From: an uncultured Verrucomicrobiae bacterium | GTDB lineage: Bacteria > Verrucomicrobiota > Verrucomicrobiia > Limisphaerales > UBA11358 | Length of the DNA: 64,000 nt | Direction: 5' to 3' | Assembly: GCA_963714695.1 (NCBI GenBank) | Contig: CAVQPQ010000008.1 | Span: 106,831 to 170,830 of the forward strand | Shown: positions 29,807-39,825 of the stretch, piece by piece | Layout of the letters: every line of letters starts with the position of its first letter | Position numbering within the stretch: the first letter of the stretch is position 1 | Notes under the pieces: generated by a model | The model's input: only the letters and a program-made list of their open reading frames with translations | What the model was told of the DNA's origin: nothing | Database searches by the model: none | Made by a program: the position numbers and the translations under genes

Positions 29807-31294
29807 ATGAAACAAATCTATCTTGGAATTGATCTCGGCGCTGAAAGCGGGCGCGTCATCGCCGGGCTGTGGAATGGCAAATCCCTCCGGCTCGAAGAAC
29901 TCTATCGTTTCCCCAACGGCCCGGTGCCGCTGGCCGGCACACTACGCTGGAATGTGCTGCGGCTGCTGGCCGAGAGCCAAAACGGCCTAGCGCTGGCGGG
30001 CAAAAAATACGGACGGAACATCGTGTCGGTGGGCGCCGACACCTGGGGCGTGGACTTTGTCCTGCTATCAAAGAACGGCGAACTGCTTGGCCAGCCCTAT
30101 CATTACCGCGACGCCCGGACGAACGGCATGATGGAAAAGGCCTTCAAGATAGTGCCGCGGTCGGGAATTTTCGCCCAAACCGGCCTGCAGTTCATGCAAC
30201 TCAACACGCTTTACCAGTTGCTGGCGCTGGAGGCGAGCCATCCCGATGTGCTCGAATCGGCAGATTGCCTGCTGATGATGCCCGACTTCGTTCATTGGGC
30301 GCTGTGCGGCTCGCGCGCGGTGGAATTCACCATCGGCTCCACCTCGCAATGCCTGAATCCGGTCACGCGCAACTGGGCATCCGGGCTGCTCAAAAAATTC
30401 GGCCTGCCCGTGCGCATTTTCCCGAAGGTGGTGAGGCCCGGCACGAAACTTGGCGCGCTCCGGCCTTCCGTCGCCGGCCCGGCCGGCCTCGGCAAAGTGC
30501 AGGTCATCGCCCCGCCGTCACACGACACGGCCTCCGCCGTCGCCGGCGTGCCCACGTCCCGCACCGGCGCGGCAAACTGGGCTTACATCAGTTCCGGCAC
30601 CTGGTCGGTGATGGGAGTGGAAGCGCAAAACGCTTCGCTGTCCGCCCGCACACTGGAACTGGGTCTGACCAATGAAGGTGGCATTGACGGCACCTACCGG
30701 CTCTCGAAAAACATCGTTGGTCTGTGGCTCGTGCAACAGTGCAAGCGCGCATTCGAAGCGCGCGGCAAAAAGCACACCTACGCCGAACTGGCGCGCCTGG
30801 CCGCCAAGGCCCCGGCGTTGCGCTCGCTGGTGGATCCCGATGATCCGCGCTTTTTCAACCCGCCGGACATGCCCAAGGCGATCCAGGATTTTTGTCGCGA
30901 GACGAAACAACCCGTGCCGAAGACTGCCGGCGAACTGGTCCGCTGCACCTACGAAAGCCTCGCACTCAAGTATCGCGAGGTGCTGGGCGGCTTGGAGGAA
31001 GTCGCGGACAATCGCATTGAAGTCATCCACATCGTGGGCGGCGGTTCCCAAAGCAAAATCCTGAATCAATTCACCGCCAACGCGTGCGAACGTCCGGTCA
31101 TTGCCGGGCCGGTGGAAGCGACGGCCATGGGCAACCTGCTGGTGCAGGTGCGCGCCTGCGGCGAGCTGGGCTCGCTGGCCGAAATGCGCGAAGTCGTCCG
31201 CCGTTCCACCCAACCGGCCCATTTCAAGCCCGCGGACGTTTCACCATGGCGCGCCGCCGCCCAACGGCTGGCGTTATTGCGAAAATGCGGTTAA
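29807..31294 (+). CDS. rhaB: Rhamnulokinase (FGGY family)
   Basis: IDLGAESGR, DTWGVDF, HDTASAV, SSGTWS, TNEGG, GPVEATAMGN. Confidence 0.92.
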   Translation: MKQIYLGIDLGAESGRVIAGLWNGKSLRLEELYRFPNGPVPLAGTLRWNVLRLLAESQNGLALAGKKYGRNIVSVGADTWGVDFVLLSKNGELLGQPYHYRDARTNGMMEKAFKIVPRSGIFAQTGLQFMQLNTLYQLLALEASHPDVLESADCLLMMPDFVHWALCGSRAVEFTIGSTSQCLNPVTRNWASGLLKKFGLPVRIFPKVVRPGTKLGALRPSVAGPAGLGKVQVIAPPSHDTASAVAGVPTSRTGAANWAYISSGTWSVMGVEAQNASLSARTLELGLTNEGGIDGTYRLSKNIVGLWLVQQCKRAFEARGKKHTYAELARLAAKAPALRSLVDPDDPRFFNPPDMPKAIQDFCRETKQPVPKTAGELVRCTYESLALKYREVLGGLEEVADNRIEVIHIVGGGSQSKILNQFTANACERPVIAGPVEATAMGNLLVQVRACGELGSLAEMREVVRRSTQPAHFKPADVSPWRAAAQRLALLRKCG

Positions 31295-31339
31295 TATCAG
31301 AGGTTCATGGAACTCGTCCCTCCGAAATTGGTGGCGCAG

Positions 31340-31500
31340 CAGGAGGTGGAACCCCGTAATCGCCAGCGCGATGCGATACCAGCCGAACAGTTTGAACGTG
31401 TGCGGTTGCACGTAATGCAACAGCCATTTCACGGCGTTGAAGGAAACCACCGCCGCAATGCCGGCGGCCAGCAAAACCATGCCCCAGTTTTCGTGCGGCG
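31340..31500 (-). pseudogene. 3' remnant of a second undecaprenyl-diphosphatase gene
   Basis: AAVVSFNAVKWLLHYVQPHTFKLFGWYRIAL resembles the UppP C-terminus. Confidence 0.65.
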
Positions 31501-31505
31501 CTGAT

Positions 31506-32366
31506 TTAACGGGGCAGCCCGAAGTGAAGGGCCAGCACAACCGCCGCCGCTACCAGACAATAGTAGCCAAAGAATTTCCAGCGCCCGCCTTCGAGCCAGC
31601 GGGAGAGCCATTTCAGGGCCAGCAGTCCGGCGATAAAACTGAAACCCATGCCGACGAGACCCGGCACGAAAAGATGCAGGGCCGAACCGGGGCTGCTCAA
31701 GTCGTGTTGTCTGAGCAGACGAAGCGCTTCTTTGGCGATCACGGGCGGCGTCAGGACCACGGCCAGCGCAAAACTGAATTCTTCCAGTTTCTGCTTGGGC
31801 AGGCCGAGCAGCAGTCCGGTGGAAATGGTCGAGCCGGAACGTGAAAACCCGCGAAACGGCAGGCAGATGCCCTGCACAATGCCAATCCAGCACGAATGCG
31901 CCGGCTGAATCTCTGAATGGCGCGGCGTTTTTTCCTCCCGCCACCCGGCGTAAACAATCAACAATCCCACCGCCATCAGCGCTCCGGCAATCAACGGCAG
32001 GTTCGCGAACAAATTCTCGACCTCCGCATGCGGCATGCCGCGCATGAAGATTTTCTCGATGATCACCTTCAAGCCATAACCCACGATGCCGGTGCAAAAG
32101 GTCGCCACTACAATCTGGATCGCAAACCACCGGAATTTCCCGGGTGCGGTGAAATAATCGCGCCGCCAGTCGTTCCAGAAATAGGCGATGACCGCGAACA
32201 TGGTTCCCGTGTGCAGCATGACCAGCAGCATGGTCATTTCGGGACTTGACGGATCCAGCTTCATGATTTTTTCCGCCGCGATGACGTGCGCCGAACTCGA
32301 AACCGGCAACAGCTCGCACGCGCCTTGAATCAGCGCCAGAATCAGGATTTGAAAATAATTCAGCAT
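31506..32366 (-). CDS. uppP: Undecaprenyl-diphosphate phosphatase
   Basis: QGACELLPVSSSAH, GFSRSGSTI, EFSFAL. Confidence 0.93.
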   Translation of the reverse strand: MLNYFQILILALIQGACELLPVSSSAHVIAAEKIMKLDPSSPEMTMLLVMLHTGTMFAVIAYFWNDWRRDYFTAPGKFRWFAIQIVVATFCTGIVGYGLKVIIEKIFMRGMPHAEVENLFANLPLIAGALMAVGLLIVYAGWREEKTPRHSEIQPAHSCWIGIVQGICLPFRGFSRSGSTISTGLLLGLPKQKLEEFSFALAVVLTPPVIAKEALRLLRQHDLSSPGSALHLFVPGLVGMGFSFIAGLLALKWLSRWLEGGRWKFFGYYCLVAAAVVLALHFGLPR

Positions 32367-32473
32367 GTTTATGAAAAACCTTATTGGTCCCGGAAATGAT
32401 CACGGCCATCCGGTCAGGCATGAATCATTTGGATGCGAAACCGGCACAGCTGGCAAGGAAGAAATGCAAGATG

Positions 32474-32881
32474 TTAACGCGCTAGGTCCGATTTTTTTGA
32501 TCCCCAGAAGGGTTTGACTTCCTCGGCGTGCTGTTTGACTTTGAGCTGGCCCAGGATGGAGTGCCAGGAGATGTAAATTTTATGCCATTGGCTTTCCAGG
32601 CTGCGGAGCGCGCCTTCGCCCATTTCGCTGAGGTAGCGCAACGACGGGGCGTTGCCGATGAGCGTGTGGATTTCTTCGCGCGTGGGCGAGGCAACTTCGA
32701 TGGAGGCGTAAATCAGTTCAATCTCCTGCACGATGATGCTTTTGATTTCGAGAAAATGACTTTCCTCCGCCTGGCCGAATTTTTTTCCGCGCGCGACGTT
32801 GATAAAATAATTGAACTGTTTCCAGCACTCAATGTGGGTTTCAATTTGAGTGACCAGTTGGTTGAGTTCTTTGGCGGTCAT
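32474..32881 (-). CDS. Helical hypothetical protein in the operon with the REC-DUF4388 gene
   Basis: Clean ORF with a 4-nt overlap with the upstream gene; amphipathic helices. Confidence 0.8.
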   Translation of the reverse strand: MTAKELNQLVTQIETHIECWKQFNYFINVARGKKFGQAEESHFLEIKSIIVQEIELIYASIEVASPTREEIHTLIGNAPSLRYLSEMGEGALRSLESQWHKIYISWHSILGQLKVKQHAEEVKPFWGSKKSDLAR

Positions 32882-33207
32882 AGGCGTGGTGGAGTTGGCG
32901 GCGGCGAAAAGGCGGTTTGCGGGAGCAGGAAAATAACGGCGCCGCCGCGCAATTCGCGGGCGGTGATATCGAGGCTGGCGAAATGGATACTGATTTCAGC
33001 CAGCGGCATTTGCGCCATGCGCGCCTCGCGGAAAAGGGACAGCACCTCCAGCCCGATCTCGCGCAGCATCGCCTTCGGATAGGCGGAGGAGACGGTGTAG
33101 GTCACGACGCGGCCATTGCGATCCACGGTGACACTGCCGGTCGGCAGTTGCTGAACGGTCGGGCGGGAATGGAAAAATCGCCTTATGAATTGTTTTAAGA
33201 TTCCCAT
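32878..33207 (-). CDS. Hypothetical protein, possibly roadblock/longin-like
   Basis: GSVTVDRNGRVV hairpin, helix, then three predicted strands. Confidence 0.7.
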   Translation of the reverse strand: MGILKQFIRRFFHSRPTVQQLPTGSVTVDRNGRVVTYTVSSAYPKAMLREIGLEVLSLFREARMAQMPLAEISIHFASLDITARELRGGAVIFLLPQTAFSPPPTPPRL

Positions 33208-34265
33208 GATGAAACCAGTTTTTTGCTTTTGTCCAACAACGGTCCGGCTGCAACCTCGGGCGGCCAGCCAACGAGAAAACACTTGTCTTCCTGTTTCAAA
33301 ACCAGCATCTGACGTTCTAAATTATGGGCGGCGACGTGCGAAAGCGGTCCGGCTTCGATCCGTTCGCCGAGGCGCCGGGTGGCTTCGGCGGCGCGCCGCG
33401 CCCATTTGGCGAGCGGCTCGGAAGGTTGCATGCCCATGGTTTCGGTTTCGCCCTGGCCTTCGGGCGGCACGGCGACAACAAAGTCCGCGCCTTCGCGCGT
33501 TAGCAGCGCAAGTTTCCAAATGGTTTTTCGGTGGGCGTTTTGCTCGACGGAACCGGGATCGGCGGAATCAGCGATTTCATCCATGGCCTGCGCGGATTCG
33601 AGCAGCAGGGCGTTGACGGGTTTGGTAATGGCGCGGTCACGCCCGGGTTCGGCGGGCAAATTTTCAAACGTGCCGGACTTCCACGCCAGAATCCTGCGGA
33701 AGGCCGCTTCGCCACACGTGCCTTCGGTTTCAGCGTCAATCAATTCACCATTTTGAATCCAAAGTTTGGCCACGAGTGATCCGCGAGTGATGCGCAACAC
33801 CGTGGAACTGCGCGAGAGGCATTCCATTTGGATGATGTCCATCAGGCTCTTGCTCTGGATGCCCCGGAAGCCGCCTTCCAGGTCGCGTCCCAAAAGCGAT
33901 TCGATGCAGTCCAGAAACATCTGCGAATTGGCCTGCATGTCGGTTTTGAGCCAGAACAAGTCCACGCCCAAGGCATAGGCGCGCGAGCGAAATTCCTCGT
34001 CTTCCAACCCGCTCAAAACGATCGTGCGCAATTCAGGAAACCGGCGGCGGACGATGGACAACACCTGCAGGCCGTCCATGCGCGGCATCTTCAAATCACA
34101 GACCAACAGCCGGAACGGCTCGGTTTCCATGAGCGCCAAGGCGCGCGCGCCTGAAGCGACAGTACGGATTTCGGGCTTGCTGGGAAGCAGCGCAAACATT
34201 TCGTTGCACAAGTTCAGCCAGTCCGCATCGTCATCCAAAACCAGAATTTTATGGCGCGTCTCCAT
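33195..34265 (-). CDS. Response regulator with REC, DUF4388 (PATAN-like) and possible roadblock-like C-terminal domain
   Basis: ILVLDDD, CDLKMPRMDG; GFRGIQSKSLMDIIQMECL...LWIQNGELIDA...ILAWKSGTF. Confidence 0.88.
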   Translation of the reverse strand: METRHKILVLDDDADWLNLCNEMFALLPSKPEIRTVASGARALALMETEPFRLLVCDLKMPRMDGLQVLSIVRRRFPELRTIVLSGLEDEEFRSRAYALGVDLFWLKTDMQANSQMFLDCIESLLGRDLEGGFRGIQSKSLMDIIQMECLSRSSTVLRITRGSLVAKLWIQNGELIDAETEGTCGEAAFRRILAWKSGTFENLPAEPGRDRAITKPVNALLLESAQAMDEIADSADPGSVEQNAHRKTIWKLALLTREGADFVVAVPPEGQGETETMGMQPSEPLAKWARRAAEATRRLGERIEAGPLSHVAAHNLERQMLVLKQEDKCFLVGWPPEVAAGPLLDKSKKLVSSWES

Positions 34266-34589
34266 GCCGATGTGATAATCGCTAACGCCACCGCCGTGCA
34301 ATTACAAGCTCGAAAAGTGCCAGCAGCGCAAATTATTTCAATGCGAGCAATCGGCGTTCCCAACGGAAACAAGGGGAAACAAGGCGGCAAAAGTCGTCTC
34401 ACGCCGGAACGTGAACCAACAAGGGACAAACCAGTCCAACGCTGAGACAAATTTTCAGCCCCTCCCACATTCGATTCGACATTCACACGGCGGAGTCGAA
34501 TGAAAGTCAAGGATGGCGCGCTTTCTGCTAAAAGACAGGGACCAAGCGCCGCCTGTCAATTGACAGGCAGCCAGTGATGTTTGCGTATC

Positions 34590-36313
34590 ATGTCAAAAAG
34601 CGTAAAAATAACGATTTCCGGGTTGCTCCGGGGTCTGCAGCGCCTCTTGGATAACAACGAAGCGACCGGGCCTGAAACACCGCGATATTCCACCTCCAAT
34701 GGCGCGCCGGTGACGGATGTGCCGGTTGTCGCTGCGCCACAGCCAATGGCGGCCCCAGCACCCCCCCCCCCACTGAGAACGCCAATGAACTGCAGTTGCC
34801 CCTGCAACCCATTATCGCCTCGATGTCGATGGAATTGCGCGCGAAAGTCATGCAAACGCCGCCTGCGGGGATGGTCATTGCCATACCGCTGGAAAAAGTC
34901 CTCACCCAACTCGCGCGCGGCGCTGTGAAAATCACTTTTGGGGAATTGCGACAGGCCGCTCCGGGTGTGTTTGTCAATTCCGGCGGCGAGCACGACCACA
35001 AGCCAGTAATGCTGCCGCTCAATGAAATTCTCACCCGCCTGAATCCCGCGTTGCTCGCCCGCCGGGTCACGCAAAAGCAGGTCGAATTGACCGACGAGAT
35101 TGGCAGCCCATTTGGCGCCCTCGGGCAAGGAATTACAATATCCACCACGCCGATGAAACCACCGGCGGCCCCACCCACACCGCCATTGCGAATGCCCACA
35201 CCGCCATTGCAAATGCCCGCACCGCCATCTCGAATGGTTACGCCAGTTGCTTCATCCGCCTGCATTCGACCAACCACGCCCACGATCAGGGTTGCCGCGC
35301 CGCAAAATAATGGTAATAATGGTAATGGTGCGCCGAAACCTGTCGTACCGGTTTCTCCGATTGCTCCGCCCATGCCGATGAACCAGGCGGAAATTTCCGC
35401 ACCGCTGGCCGGGCTTTCAGAAGATTGGCCGGAGGGATTACGACTTGAAATCGCGAAGTTAAATTTGTCAGACGCCCAGGTCTTGTTGCCGGCGAATTTG
35501 ATTGAGCCGGCCCTGAAGCGCGGACGTATGACAATCACGTGGGAAAACTTGCGGCCTTTGATCAAACCCACGCCGCCGCCGGCATCCATTCACGACGGCA
35601 CCAAACTGGAATTGCCGTTGAAAGTCATCGCGCCGTTATTCTTGACGCGGCAAACAGCGGCGCCCCGGCCACAACCAGCGGCTTTGCCGCCGGCTGACAT
35701 TCCCAATTTGTTTTTTAGCTTCCCCCAACCGCAGCCGGAAGCGCCAGTGAAAGCACCGGTGCCGGAAACGCCGGTAAAGGCACTGGAGCCGGACACATCG
35801 GTAAAAACGCAGTCGCCGGAGGTAAACCGTCCCGCCCTTAAACCGGTGGACGCCAAGCTGGCGGACTCCAACTACTATATTTGGGGCGAAACCAACGACG
35901 CGCCCCGGGTGGACGAAACCGAGTACAAGCGCCAGCAAAAGCCCGCGACAGATTTTACCAGCCGTCACGCGACACCGCAGGAAATTGTAACCCGTGCCAT
36001 GGCGTTGCCCGGCGTGGCCGGCGCCCTCGTGGCACTGCCGGATGGCTTGAAAGTGGCCAGCCAGATTCCGCCCGAGTTCAACGCAGACACGCTCGCAGCG
36101 TTTTTGCCTCAAATTTTTGACCGGGTAAGCCAGAGCACCAGGGAATTGAGAATGGGTGCGCTGAATAATTTCAATTTCACCGTTGGGAACGTGCCGTGGA
36201 AAATTTTTCGCGTGAACGCGGTTTTTTTCGCCGCGTTCGGTCGCGCGGGCGAACTGTTGCCGACGGTGCAACTGGCCGCGCTGGCCGCCGAACTCGACCG
36301 TAAAAAACAATAA
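34590..36313 (+). CDS. Pro-rich scaffold with a duplicated internal domain and C-terminal roadblock/LC7 domain, split at a C11 tract (34761-34771)
   Basis: LPGVAGALVALPDGLKVAS roadblock signature; the 34590 and 34796 ORFs join if the C run is 9 or 12. Confidence 0.75.
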
Positions 36314-36317
36314 ACGT

Positions 36318-36932
36318 ATGGCCCTCATCAACCAAGCTACCAAGGAATTGCAGGTTAAAATCGTCTATTACGGCCCAGCGATGGGCGGCAAAACGACCAA
36401 CCTCGTGCAAGTCCACGACCACGTACAAACCACTGCGGGCAACAAAGGCAAACTCGTGTCGCTGGCGACGAGTTCGGATCGCACGCTATTCTTCGACTTC
36501 CTGCCGATTGAGGCGATGACGATCAAGGGTTTCAAGACGAAGTTCCAGCTTTACACCGTGCCCGGACAGGTGATTTACAACACAACGCGGCAATTGGTTT
36601 TGCGCGGTGTGGACGGCATCGTGTTCGTCGCCGATTCGCAATACGAAAAGATGCCGGAAAACGTTGAGAGCTTTCAAAATCTCACGGACAACTTGAATTC
36701 ACTCAAGCTCAGCCTCGCGGATATTCCTTACGTGCTCCAATACAACAAGCGCGATTTGCCGGGCGTCGCGCCGGTGGAATACATGGAATATCTGCTGAAC
36801 AATCGCGAAGTGCAGGTGCCGTCGTTCAGTGCGACCGCACACCGGTGCGAGGGCGTGTTCGAAACGTTGAACATGATCACGCGCCTGCTGTTGCACAAAT
36901 TCATCAACCAAAGCGTCCCGCAATACGCATGA
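36318..36932 (+). CDS. mglA: MglA-family small Ras-like GTPase
   Basis: KIVYYGPAMGGKTTN (G1), DRTLFFDFLP (G2), LYTVPGQ (G3), NKRD (G4). Confidence 0.95.
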   Translation: MALINQATKELQVKIVYYGPAMGGKTTNLVQVHDHVQTTAGNKGKLVSLATSSDRTLFFDFLPIEAMTIKGFKTKFQLYTVPGQVIYNTTRQLVLRGVDGIVFVADSQYEKMPENVESFQNLTDNLNSLKLSLADIPYVLQYNKRDLPGVAPVEYMEYLLNNREVQVPSFSATAHRCEGVFETLNMITRLLLHKFINQSVPQYA

Positions 36933-36933
36933 C

Positions 36934-37416
36934 ATGGCCACCCTGCCTCAACTCATCGAGGACGATATTCGGCGGTGCGATGAAATTTTACACGCATTCA
37001 TCGCGAGCACGGATGCGACGGCCGCGCTGATCATTGACAAGGGCGGTTTCCTCATCACGCGCCAAGGCGACGCGCATGATTTCGATCTGACCACCATCGG
37101 CGCGCTGGCATCCGGCGCGTTTATGGCCAACCAGACCATCGCCAGTCTCGTTAATGAATCGAGTTTCGACAGCATTTACCAGCAGGGTGTAAATTTCAGC
37201 ATGTTTGTCATTAATATTGATGAACACTCACTGCTGGTAGTGATTTTCAAGTCCCACTCCGGTGTCGGGGTGGTGAAATATTATGCGGCGGGCGCGGTCA
37301 AGCGCATTGCACGCCAGCTTAAAATCGCCAAGGAGAGGGCGCCGGAAGCGGGGCTTGATCTTTCCGTCCTCAACGTCGCCGAAACCGGACCATTCTTTCG
37401 GAAAAAGCAACCGTGA
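36934..37416 (+). CDS. mglB: MglB-like roadblock/LC7 protein
   Basis: ALIIDKGG, IGALASGAFMANQTIASLVNE, FDSIYQQG; directly after mglA. Confidence 0.88.
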   Translation: MATLPQLIEDDIRRCDEILHAFIASTDATAALIIDKGGFLITRQGDAHDFDLTTIGALASGAFMANQTIASLVNESSFDSIYQQGVNFSMFVINIDEHSLLVVIFKSHSGVGVVKYYAAGAVKRIARQLKIAKERAPEAGLDLSVLNVAETGPFFRKKQP

Positions 37417-37504
37417 GACAGTCCCTTGGCGTTGTGCTAATGGAGATTTCTCGGCGTGCTTTACGCCCTTCGCGATCCACCGGGATTGGGGAGCCGATTA
37501 AAAC

Positions 37505-37741
37505 TCAAGGTAACCGCCCGTGGCTCCCGTCGCAAAACGCGCCATTTTTCGAATGCTTGCAGCCACACCAAGCGAGGGTTCTGGCCTCGGCAATTTCAAC
37601 TTTCAGCGGCCCGAAGCCGGTGCCCTTGTGCGAGCCGTCGCAAAACGGCTGGCCTTTTGATTTTCCGCACGCGCACCACCAATACGTGCCGGGTTCAACC
37701 TTTGTAACGAACGGCGAATGTTGAGCAATCGTTGGTTCCAT
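37505..37741 (-). CDS. CDGSH iron-sulfur domain protein (two motifs)
   Basis: WCACGKSKGQPFCDGSH and WCGCKHSKNGAFCDGSH. Confidence 0.92.
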   Translation of the reverse strand: MEPTIAQHSPFVTKVEPGTYWWCACGKSKGQPFCDGSHKGTGFGPLKVEIAEARTLAWCGCKHSKNGAFCDGSHGRLP

Positions 37742-37751
37742 ATACATTTAT

Positions 37752-37880
37752 TAAATGACTGATGACTAAGCCCTAATGACTAAAGAATGGCATAAATCCT
37801 AATGAAATCAAATCGCCGGCCGTTTTTTTATTCGGATTTGGGATTTATTTAGTCACTCGTCATTAGGGCTTGGTCATTTT
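37752..37880. repeat. Inverted degenerate heptamer (AATGACT) array
   Basis: ATGACTAAGCCCTAATGAC ... GTCATTAGGGCTTGGTCAT. Confidence 0.7.
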
Positions 37881-37937
37881 CGACGACCTGTTCCCATTGG
37901 CAATGCACTTTGCCTGGGTTAATTTCTCCGTGCAACC

Positions 37938-39110
37938 ATGCCCGGCCAACCCATCCCTTGCCGCCAGTGGGGCGCGGATTTGGACGCCAACGCGCTCCAA
38001 CAGATGGAGAACGCCTGCAAGCTGCCCATCTCTGTCGCTGCCGCGCTAATGCCCGACGCCCACGTCGGTTACGGCCTGCCCATCGGCGGCGTGCTCGCCA
38101 CCGATAACGCCGTCATCCCCTACGCCGTGGGCGTGGACATCGCCTGCCGCGTCAAGCTCACCGTGCTTGACCTGCCGCTCGACCAGTTGCGCCGCCATGA
38201 AACCGATCTCATCCGCAGCATCGAAGCCGAAACGCGCTTCGGCATCGGTTCCGAATTCAAGCATCGTCGTACGCATCCGGTGATGGATGAAGACTGGTCG
38301 GTCAGCCCCATCACGCAGCGCTTTCGCGACAAGGCCGCAGCACAGCTCGGCACCAGCGGCAGCGGAAATCATTTCGTCGAGTTCGGTGAATTCACTGCCG
38401 AAAACAAGGAGCTGGGCCTCGAACCCGGCACGTATCTCGCCTTGTTAAGTCACAGCGGCAGCCGCGGCACCGGCGGACAGGTTTGCGACCATTACAGCCG
38501 GGTCGCGCGGGTGAAGCACAAGGATTTGCCGAAGGAACTCAGCTACCTCGCCTGGCTTGATCTCGATTCCGCCGACGGCCAGGAATACTGGGCGGCAATG
38601 GAATTAATGGGCCTATACGCCTCCGCCAACCATCATCTCATCCACAAACACATCGCGCGGCATCTCGGCGCGGGCGTGTTGCTCGATTTGGAGAACCACC
38701 ACAACTTCGCGTGGAAGGAACGCCATGGCGGACGCGACCTCATCGTTCATCGCAAAGGCGCGACGCCGGCGGGCGCGGGCGTGCTGGGTGTGATTCCCGG
38801 TTCGATGGTCAGCCCGACATTTGTCGCGCGCGGCAAAGGCAACGCCGCGTCGCTCAATTCCGCCTCCCACGGCGCGGGCCGCCTGATGAGCCGCCACCAG
38901 GCGAAGGAAACTTTCAACTGGAAAATGGTTCAGCCCTACCTGGATGAACGCGGCGTGAAATTAATTTCCGCCGGTCTGGATGAAGTGCCGATGGTGTATA
39001 AAGACATCGAGGAAGTCATGGCCGCGCAAACCGATCTTGTCGAACCGCTCGCCCGGTTTTTCCCGCGCCTCGTCAAAATGGCGCCAGCGGGCGAACGGGC
39101 GGAGGATTGA
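37938..39110 (+). CDS. rtcB: RNA ligase RtcB
   Basis: MPDAHVGYGLPIGG, GVDIAC, GSGNHFVE, HNFAW, HRKGAT, SHGAGR, DEVPMVYK. Confidence 0.95.
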   Translation: MPGQPIPCRQWGADLDANALQQMENACKLPISVAAALMPDAHVGYGLPIGGVLATDNAVIPYAVGVDIACRVKLTVLDLPLDQLRRHETDLIRSIEAETRFGIGSEFKHRRTHPVMDEDWSVSPITQRFRDKAAAQLGTSGSGNHFVEFGEFTAENKELGLEPGTYLALLSHSGSRGTGGQVCDHYSRVARVKHKDLPKELSYLAWLDLDSADGQEYWAAMELMGLYASANHHLIHKHIARHLGAGVLLDLENHHNFAWKERHGGRDLIVHRKGATPAGAGVLGVIPGSMVSPTFVARGKGNAASLNSASHGAGRLMSRHQAKETFNWKMVQPYLDERGVKLISAGLDEVPMVYKDIEEVMAAQTDLVEPLARFFPRLVKMAPAGERAED

Positions 39111-39161
39111 ACTGGTCGCCGACCTGTTTTCTGAAATCGTCACCCCTGTGTCCAAGATCGG

Positions 39162-39635
39162 TCACTTGCGCGGCAATGCGATCTTGCCGGTGCGCGTGAT
39201 TTCCTGCACGCCGAACGAATCCATCAGGCTGATAAACTTCTCCACCTTGCTTTCGGCGCCGGTGATTTCGATGACGAGCCCCTTGGGCTGCACGTCCACG
39301 ATTTTGGCGCGGAAAATATCGGTGATTTGCATTACCTCGGCGCGCGTTTTGGAGTCCACCGTCACCTTGACCAACACCAGCTCGCGGTCCACGTATTCGC
39401 CCTCGCGAAAATCCTGCACCTTGATTACGTCGGGCAGCTTGTTGAGCTGCTTGACGATCTGCTCCAGCGTGGCCTCGTCGCCGTGCGTGACGACGGTCAT
39501 GCGCAACGTCTTGGGGTCCTGGGTCGGGCCGACGTTGAGCGTGTCAATGTTGTAGCCGCGGCCGCTGAACAGGCCGGCCACGCGCGTGAGCACGCCAAAC
39601 TTGTTCTCGACCAAAACTGAAATGGTATGTCGCAT
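39162..39635 (-). CDS. ilvN: Acetolactate synthase small regulatory subunit
   Basis: MRHTISVLVENKFGVLTRVAGLFSGRGYNI, KQLNKLPDV. Confidence 0.95.
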   Translation of the reverse strand: MRHTISVLVENKFGVLTRVAGLFSGRGYNIDTLNVGPTQDPKTLRMTVVTHGDEATLEQIVKQLNKLPDVIKVQDFREGEYVDRELVLVKVTVDSKTRAEVMQITDIFRAKIVDVQPKGLVIEITGAESKVEKFISLMDSFGVQEITRTGKIALPRK

Positions 39636-39825
39636 AAATTCCGTTGGAACGGAAGGAAAGTCTAGCAACCCAAACAAATGGGGTCAATTTGCAATTTTAA
39701 TTGGAACAACGACCGTGAAACACGCTCCACCGATCGTCTGATAAGAAACTTTTCCGTGACCTGACCCCGAAAAACTGGACGTGACAAAAGGAGAGTTCTG
39801 CTGCGAAAAGAAAGGCAGCAGAACT

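Noticed and set aside
37938-39110. rtcB as part of an RNA-repair or defence operon
   Set aside because: No rtcA, rtcR, TROVE/Y-RNA or release-factor homologue is adjacent; it looks stand-alone.
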